In this document: piece after piece, positions 55,256 through 64,000 of the stretch
Layout of the letters: every line of letters starts with the position of its first letter
Numbering within the stretch: the first letter of the stretch is position 1
From: Chrysomallon squamiferum
Lineage: Eukaryota > Animalia > Mollusca
Assembly: GCA_012295275.1 (NCBI GenBank)
Contig: CM022671.1
Location: 5,952,001-6,016,000, forward strand
Length of the DNA stretch: 64,000 nucleotides
Reading direction: 5' to 3'
Position numbers and translations under genes: made by a program
Notes under the pieces: model-generated
Databases searched by the model: none
What the model saw: only the letters and a program-made list of their open reading frames with translations
Told to the model about the DNA's origin: nothing

Positions 55256-55647
55256 CATAACAAATTGAAAACACTCTCCTGCAGCCAACTGTTTTCTTTT
55301 TTCATCATATATTATTATTATAATTATTATAATTATTATTATTATTATTGTTGTTGTTGTTGTTGTTGTTGTTATCTAAAAATAATTAAATATATACAGT
55401 TTTAATTCTCAACCAAACATGTTAATTTTAGAAAACTATTATAAAAAATAGCATTAGCGACAAAGTGAAATATTTTATAACAGTTTGTTACTATTGTTAT
55501 TTTAATTAAAAATTCAGTTTTCATTTTATTTCATTCTGTTTTCTTCTCCACATCAAAGCGTTCATTTTTTCTTTTCTCTTTTCTTTTTTTCTCAGATTTT
55601 TTTTAATCTGTTTTAACTTTCATTATTTACCCATATATATTAATATT

Positions 55648-55691
<44 letters not shown>

Positions 55692-56016
55692 TTTTTTTTA
55701 TCTGCCACTTGTTTACAACTGTTCAGAGTGTGTCTGTTACACCAAATTTTTGACATGCTCCAAACTTTAACATTTCATGATAATTACAATTCATGAATAT
55801 GCATTAATTATGAATATGATAATGTATTAATTAGATGATTATGATAATATTTCAGATTAATATTACCAAGCAGGCAATGGCCCCAGAGTGCTGGTTTATC
55901 TATATTTGCTTATCACCATAAAAGTTAAAGTTTTAAATTCAAAAATTTTGTCATACCCATGTACTTTTTCTTGAAAAATCTAACATATATAATAATAACA
56001 AAAATTTTAATATTAT

Positions 56017-56053
<37 letters not shown>

Positions 56054-57292
56054 AAATTTAGTCATGTATTATTGCCTTTATTTATTCTGTTTTTAGAATC
56101 ATAGATTTTAAAATCTTTGTTAATACCATATGATAATTTTACAAAGACCATGTCAACATTTTATTAAAAAAAGAAGAAGAAAAAAAAAAAAAGGAATAAT
56201 GATAACAAAAAAAATTCATAAAAATAAATAAATAATAATAATTAAAAAAACAAACAAACAAAAATTTCAAAATTAAATAAATAAACATGAATTAATTTAA
56301 ATACTAGATGTAATAATAAAACAGTTTAAATATCATTATGAAATAATTAACAGTAACAGTGATAGATTTGTGTTTAACACACAGGTAACTTGTTCTAATA
56401 AATCTAAAAATGTATTTATCAATATAAACCCTTTTCCAATCTAAAGTATAAAATGTAAACCAGATACCAGTTAGTTATATATTTAAATATTTTTTTAAAT
56501 TAAAAATTCCTGTGACCTCTTTTTCATCTGAAAATATGAGAATGAATATGAAATGAAAAAAAAAATAAAAAAAAATTAAGTGCTGTAGTGCAAAATAAAG
56601 CTCAATTTCAAACTGAAACTGAAATAAACATACATTAATCAATTTCAAAACAATAAACAATAAATTGCAATAAAATTAAAATCAATGAAATTAAGCAACA
56701 TGAAATTAATTAATACAAAAAATGTAATAAATAAGAAATAATTAAAAAGGGTGAGCGCAAATTAATTAATGATTTTGCCATAAAGAAAATCTCGCAATTT
56801 TTAAAATAAATATTGTTATTATTTTGTTAAAGAAATTGTTTTAAAGGTATTTTTTTTTTTTTTAAATTTCTTATACATAATAATGTATGTAATTTTATAT
56901 AACTTAACACATATTTTTATTATTATTCTTACTTTCCTAGAAACCTGAAATGATTCAGAAATTATGTTAGTTTTTTATTTTGATGATATATTTTTACATT
57001 ATGTTACAACTTCAGTAAAAAAAAATATTGTTTTAAATATTTTAATATAAAAAACATTTATACCTTCATCTATTGGCAATGAAATTTATCTAAAACGATT
57101 TCTTTCATTAAGTATAAAACTTACCATTATACATTTTTTGTTCAAAAACTTTCTTTGCGGCAAAATCGAGATGTTAATTAAATCATGTGTTAATCAATTG
57201 CATGTGCAGAAGAACAAAGGATGCAGAAACAATAAACAACTAGCAAGCAGTAATAAACAAGTAAACAAAAACGTAAACAAAGAGAAACTGAC

Positions 57293-57381
57293 CTATTTTT
57301 TTCAAGAACCTGTTCGTTCATCATGGAAAGTTGGTTAGAACTATCACCTGAGTTTTTCATTAGGTCTGCAATCTGTCGCTC
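57293..57381 (-). CDS. CLIP1: CLIP-170/CLIP1 exon with conserved SGDSS segment
   Basis: ERQIADLMKNSGDSSNQLSMMNEQVLEKN(R) resembles the conserved CLIP-170 MKMSGDNSSQLTKMNDEL stretch. AAG acceptor after a long T tract; donor AG|GTCAGT. Confidence 0.88.
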
Positions 57382-57391
57382 CTTTGATGTG

Positions 57392-57431
<40 letters not shown>

Positions 57432-58809
57432 AATAAAACTTGCATGAATCCATGTGTCCCTTTTGTTTTTATAAAAAAATAAAATAATTTTAAAATTTTA
57501 AATTTAAAATTTTTTTTAAACTATTTTTGAAAATGTTTTAAAAAATGAGGTGATTTTAAATGTTTTAAAAAAATGATGTAATTATTAAAACTGAAAAGAA
57601 TTATGTGATTTTAAAATTGTTTTTAAAAAATGATGCAGTTTTTAAACTAAAAACAATTATGTGATTTTAAATATTTAAAAAAAGTGTTTGTAATTTATAA
57701 TATTAGTTACTTTGTATTTTTGAAATATGATTCTGCACTTCAAAACTACTTTTATTTTGAATATAAATAGTTATGTGCATTTTGCAGATTAAAAGAATAA
57801 TTATCATATTGTTTGAAAAAATATATTTTTGTACATTCCTAAACAAAATAAATTTAAATAAAAGAAAAGAGGTTGCTTCCAATGTAAAAAAAAATTTATT
57901 TATGTAAATTAAAAACAGTTATTTTGACATAACTAATATGATTTTAATCTAAACCCTTATTGCATTTGGATTAATTAAGATTCTGTAAATGCATTTAATA
58001 AATGATTAATTACAAATATTTAAGACTGTATTAAATAACATATAATTAACAAAAAGCCTGATAAACTCGTAAGTGAAGAGTTTAATAAATATAATTAATG
58101 AAGATTTTTTTGGGTTATTTTATTTTATTTTATTATAATTTGTTTTCTAATAAAGTGTAATTAAAATTTATAGTAATAAAAATTCTGTTATTCTAATTAA
58201 ATAAAAAATTTACAAAATATAATTAATGAATCGCTGGTCTTGTGCATTATGATCAATTAGGAAACTGTGTTCAGATAAAAAGTAATTTAAAAAGATTTCT
58301 TTATATTAGATGAAAGTAATTACTATCATTTTGTGCTTGATAAAATGTTTTCAGTAATAATTTACACTGATATATATTTTCTCCAAAAGGACACATGGAC
58401 TCTTTTTTTTTAAAAAAAAAGAAGAAGAAAAACGTCAACAACAAAAATGGACATCAAATATTAATACAGAAATAAACACACCCACGCAAAGTTTCGAAGA
58501 TTTTTACAACATTTATGTATTTCACAACACTGTTTTGACAATAATCAGCCAAAATAAGGAAATAACAAACTTAAAGAAAAAGCTGGGCTGAATGGACTCT
58601 GAATTAGGCGGAGCGAAGCCACTAGAAGCAAACACTCATAAAATTAACTTTTACCAATTTTACTTAGAACTTCTGAGAAACAAACAGTAATTAGAAATAA
58701 TAGTTTTTTTTAATTTGAAAATTAAATAACATTTTTAAGAGAAAAAAAAAATATAAACTGAAAATTAGTAAATTTTATTTTAAAAAAATAAAATAAAATA
58801 AAATTATAA

Positions 58810-58856
<47 letters not shown>

Positions 58857-59570
58857 ACAAACAAACTTAAATCCTTGTAAAAATTAAAATGTAAACTATT
58901 TATTTTTTCCTTAAATATATAAATAAAATTAAAATTAAAAAATTAAATTAAGTAAAAATTTTTTTTTTAACTATATGCAAAGAAAGAATGACATAAAAAG
59001 CATCCTAATAATACAGATAAAAATTTGCAGCAGATAATGAAGAATATTAATTTGTTTGATGAATATTAACTACAATTGATGAAATATTAATTTCAATGAC
59101 AAAATTAATTTTGCTTATAAATATTCATTAATATATATATATTTACATATATATAAATAAATGAATAAAAATAAATGAGTAAATTAAATAAATAATTAAA
59201 TAAATGAATAAATAAAAATAAAAATAAATAAATAAAAGGAAACATTCTGTTTTATAAAATGAAAATAAAATTGAAAAAATAAACAAAAGAAATAAATTAA
59301 AAATTTTGAATCAAAGTTATTTAAAATAATTTAAAATGCAATGATCAGAATTAATATGTGATTATGAAATGAGTTTAAAAAAAATAAAAATGTAAAAAAA
59401 ATAATAGTTCAATTTTCTAGGATTTATAAATCAAGGAAACAAACATTTTTACAATGTATAAAAAATCAGTAAGTAACTGGCCATTTAACAAGAAATTTAT
59501 TAAAAATTAATCTATGACAGGTCAGTTTATATTATAATAAGTAACAGTTAACCTATGATTGACCAGTTGT

Positions 59571-59609
<39 letters not shown>

Positions 59610-59665
59610 GTCTGATCAATTTAAATAATAATAATTGGCCAACTGACATATTAAAAAAAAAAAAA

Positions 59666-59699
<34 letters not shown>

Positions 59700-59706
59700 A
59701 ATAAAA

Positions 59707-59773
<67 letters not shown>

Positions 59774-60088
59774 AATAAATAAAAAAAATAATAATAATAA
59801 TACCTAACCAATGTCTGATCAGTTTACATTACAATAATTATTAACAACTGACCAATGACTGGCCAGTTTGTAAAAAAAAGTAAATTACAGCTAGCCAATG
59901 AGAGGCCAGATAAGAAGAGAGCCTATGGACAGTGAGAAGAGATACATTGTATTAGAGTGACATGAGTGAAAGTGATGTGGTCAGTGGTGGTCAGTCTGGC
60001 CACTAAAAGCGACACACTCTACTGCATCTAATGTTTAATACACTGAGTCCTATCGGTTTAACAGTGAGTAAACTCACACCAAACTCAC

Positions 60089-60156
60089 CAGTTTCTCTCT
60101 GTCGTCTGTGAGTTCTCGAACTTTGTTTTTACTTGTGTCAAGTTCATGTTGTAATT
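60089..60156 (-). CDS. CLIP1: CLIP-170/CLIP1 coiled-coil exon
   Basis: tctgttttCAG|(E)LQHELDTSKNKVRELTDDREKL|GTGAGT; phase 1 to 0. Confidence 0.85.
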
Positions 60157-60316
60157 CTGAAAACAGAAAAAAAGCATTTTGTCAGTTTAGTTGATTTTAA
60201 ATTTATAAATTAAATATTTTTATATAAAGAAATTACATCTTTCATTTAAGATGATTTTTAAGAAAAGTTTAGATACTGGCAAATTACGTAATCTTATTTT
60301 AAATGTATAAAAACTA

Positions 60317-60351
<35 letters not shown>

Positions 60352-61039
60352 AAATAATACTGAATTAAAAAAAACAAAGTAACATTCAGATTTTAATTTT
60401 AGTAAATTACAAAACATTTTATGATTATGAAACAAATGACAAATTTATTATTATTCTGAAAAGAGAATTATTATTCATGTGTCTTTGCTTTATTATGTTT
60501 TCATTATTTCATTTCATTTTCTGTTTTGTTTTTAATTACAGAAAAAAAAAACATGTTTCTGTTTGAATAGTAAAAAATACAACAACAGAGAAACAATTTG
60601 ATGCAATTTTTAGCTCTTAGAACAGTTCTCATAAGTAAAATATTGTTTATATCGCGAATACAAGGGCAATAATTCTGTCAGTATTGTAATATAAAATTGC
60701 TTATCAATCTTTTTCAAATTAAAATTAAAATTACATTTTAACACACACATTTAGAAATATAAAATTTTATTTCATACAGAACACTGATTGATAAAACTAT
60801 ACATCACAACAATTTTTTATAGCATAAACAAAGGTAAATATGATTTTTATTCTCCAACAGATAACAAGAATAAAGGAGGAAAAAAAAAAAAAAAAAAATA
60901 AAAAACACTGCATGAAAACACATCAGTCTGGCAAAAGTAAAAATTAGTTTAAGTCACACACAGAATAAAATTAAGGATTTTTCTTAAAAACATAGTTAAG
61001 TTTTACCTGACAAAGGTGGAAGTATTTCACAATACAAAC

Positions 61040-61123
61040 CTGTTTTGTTAGATTTTAAACTTCGCAGCTCCTCTGTTATTTTATTTTGCCCTGATTCAGT
61101 TTGTTGAAGTTTTTTATTCAGTT
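61040..61123 (-). CDS. CLIP1: CLIP-170/CLIP1 coiled-coil exon
   Basis: gactaactttCAG|(E)LNKKLQQTESGQNKITEELRSLKSNKT G|GTTTGT; 84 nt, phase 1 to 1. Confidence 0.82.
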
Positions 61124-61670
61124 CTGAAAGTTAGTCACACAGCAAATAAAAACAGTCACAAAACAAGCTGACATTTGTAATTTTTGTTAATATTAAAAAA
61201 CCAAAAATGTTTAAAAAGTTTTTTTTTCAAACAGGGGAAATATTTGTTTATTTATTTATTTATTTATTTATTATTTTTAACTGAATTTTAAAAGAAAATA
61301 TTGTTATTTATTAATGAAAAAAATTATTTCTAATAACATTAATTTTTCATAATAAATTAATAAATTGTACACAAATAAAATTAATTTATCTCTTTAACTT
61401 ACAATCATACAAATTCATTTGTTCTGAGATTTATATTTAGCTAATTGTTTTTAACATAATTATAACACAAAATTTCCAAAGTAACAATCAGTATTAATAA
61501 TAAAAAATAATAAGAGTATTTATTTATTTAATTTTATATTATTATTTTAATGTTTCTTAATTTGAAATAAAGCCAAAGGATATAACATGCTTTAAAGGTT
61601 AAATAGAACAATTTCACAAATTACACACACAAAGCAAAAATATAAATATATATATAAAAAAATAAAATAA

Positions 61671-61703
<33 letters not shown>

Positions 61704-62294
61704 TAAAATAAAATAAAATAAAATAAAATAAATACATAAATAAATAAATAAATAAATAAATAAACATAATAATAGATATCCTAGATAATCATTTTATTTT
61801 AAATTAAGTATTCTAATAGTAAAAATTCTCATTTTAATATTTAACAAAACAAATAATGATAAAATGCAAGATTCTAGAAAATAATTACACTGAAGCAACA
61901 GATCTTAAATTCATAAAGAAACTGTGTTTTCTCACTATTCCATTTAAATTCTTATTACTTTCATTAATCATCATTTAAACAATAATTTTTTTTTATTAAC
62001 TAAGCTTACCCAATTTCAAGTAATTTTTCTATAATAAATTTATTTTTATCTTTATGAATTTATTTTTTGTTTTCTTGCAACTGGCCTATTATAATTACTA
62101 GTATTATTATTACTATTACTTTTATTATTATCATTATTACTATTTATTTTATTAATTATTTATTGTTATTTTAATGAAATTTTATATTTTATCTTAATCT
62201 TTCAAGATGCACTGGATATATATCAAGATGCTTTTTATCACAAATTAAAAAAAAAACTTAAAAAAAAACAAGGTATATTAAAATCAAAACAAAC

Positions 62295-62352
62295 CTTCAT
62301 AATTCTGTTGTAACTTTTCTTTCTTTGTCTCATAATCTTTCAATTCTTGTTT
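62295..62352 (-). CDS. CLIP1: CLIP-170/CLIP1 coiled-coil exon (most 5' exon found; the CAP-Gly exons should lie beyond the window)
   Basis: ttctgttttcCAG|KQELKDYETKKEKLQQNYE G|GTTTGT; phase 0 to 1. Confidence 0.8.
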
Positions 62353-64000
62353 CTGGAAAACAGAAAATAAAAACAGTATTTAGATGATACAGAACAACAT
62401 GAAAAAATGTTCCTGAAAATAAAATACACAGTTTTAGCTGATTGTCAAAATGCTGTAATAAATATTTCATTTTGAACAGTATTCAAATTGTGAACCCACA
62501 AATACAACCAATGGCCAGATGTACAACACATAAATAAATTAATAAAGAAAGAAAAAGAAAAAGAAAAGAAAAAAGGAAATGAAATGAAATAAGATAAAAT
62601 AAATATATACATGTTAATGAAGCTATTTCAGTTTAAGTGTATTTTACTGGTATTTTGTTGCTTGAAATTGCATTTTAAGGAAAAAACAACAACAGAAAAA
62701 CCCATCAATAACAAAAAAAAAAAAAAAAAAAAAAAAAAAACAAAAAGAAAGGAAAAAAAAAAAAAAATCAATAATAAATTGAAATGATGCTTAACAATTA
62801 ATTATAAATACCTGGAAAAAATACATTTGAATATTAACTTAAAAAAATAATAAAAATAAATATAGGTAAAATGGTAATATAAGTTTCATAAAAAAATGGA
62901 AATGTAATTTAAAAAATAAAATAATAATAAAAAAAATAATTAAAAAAACAACATTAAAATAAATAAATAAAAAATAATACACAGACATTAGAAAATGGTA
63001 ATTTAAAAATGTATTTACTTACAGGTCCTTGTACAAATAATTCATGGGTTGTAATTTATTAAATTAAGTTTTTTATAAAATCTGTTTTAAAATTAAGATA
63101 AATAAAATACAGAAAAATAATAAAACGATGGTTTCATTCCTCAGGCATCAAACGTTATTTCTAAAAGTTTTTATGAAAATTATTCATGTCTCTTAATTTA
63201 TTAACACAAGGTTCATTTAAAATATAAAAAAATAGAATAGAAAAGAATAAAATAAAATAAAATAAAATAAAATAAAGTAAAATAAAATAAAATAAAATAT
63301 ATATATATAATAAATTAAAAAAGAAGCAGAAATTCATTTAGAATTAATCCACACAAATTATATACTGCAAATTATTTAACAGATATTTAATGTGAAATAA
63401 AATTGGGGAAAAGAGTAAAAAAAAAAAAAAAAAAAAAAAAAATAAAAAAATAAATAAATAAATAAATAAATAAATAAAATAAAATAAAATAAAATAAAAT
63501 AAAATAAAATAAAATAAAATAAAATAAAATAAAATGCACACAAGTAAGAAAATGATGATTTAGTACCTGGAATGATGCTGAAGTCAAAATTTAGTAAATG
63601 TTGATTAGATGTGACTCTGAAAAAACACTTCACATGAAACCACAAATACCAACAAACAGTGAACTCACTCAGTAAAATGTTAAAAAATAAAAAATAAAAA
63701 AATAAATAAATAAATAGTAGATAATAAAAAATATATATATTAAAAAAAAAGAAGAAAAAAAAAATCACTAAAAAATTTCATAAAAGTTTCAAGCAAAATT
63801 CTTTGTTTAGTCATTTCAGTAAAAAAAAGCAAAAAAGTCTTAATTAATAACTGAATTAGTTAAAAGCATAATAAATTTATTATTTATTATTATTTTTCAA
63901 AATATATAAAAAAAAAAAAAAACAAGTGGAAAACTTTCATTACAATACATATAGTTATATAAAAAAACAATTTATATAATAAAAATAGTATATATATTTT

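Noticed and set aside
59470-59920. Recurring CTGGCCA/CTGACCA motifs interrupted by poly-A runs
   Set aside because: Too degenerate to define a unit; probably a decayed tandem repeat, with no evidence of function.

Overview
This is AT-rich, microsatellite-dense eukaryotic DNA with GT-AG introns, consistent with an invertebrate animal (mollusc-like by inference, not proven). Four coding units are supported. (1) A + strand coiled-coil exon (583-1444) split by an apparent 1-nt frameshift. (2) A complete two-coding-exon, two-pore-domain K+ channel of the TWK-18/TRESK-like type on the - strand (13480-13039, 10384-9573; 417 aa), with probable 5' non-coding exons. (3) A large acidic, low-complexity terminal exon ending in a CAAX box (-, 27812-26572) whose upstream exon I could not find. 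(4) The 3' 17 exons of a CLIP-170/CLIP1 (restin) orthologue (-, 62352-36320; about 654 aa of coiled coil, two zinc knuckles and a DDEQTF tail; the 5' part lies beyond the window). Non-coding content includes several minisatellites, a hAT-like MITE, an interstitial TTAGGG tract, hairpins and local duplications. Most ORF-track entries are microsatellite artefacts. I found no clearly new multi-gene system. The best leads are the orphan CAAX exon (splice-phase compatible with CLIP1), the frameshifted coiled-coil gene, TRESK-like regulatory motifs in the K2P loop, and a recursive-splice-like exon start in CLIP1. All coordinates were read by eye; no searches were run.
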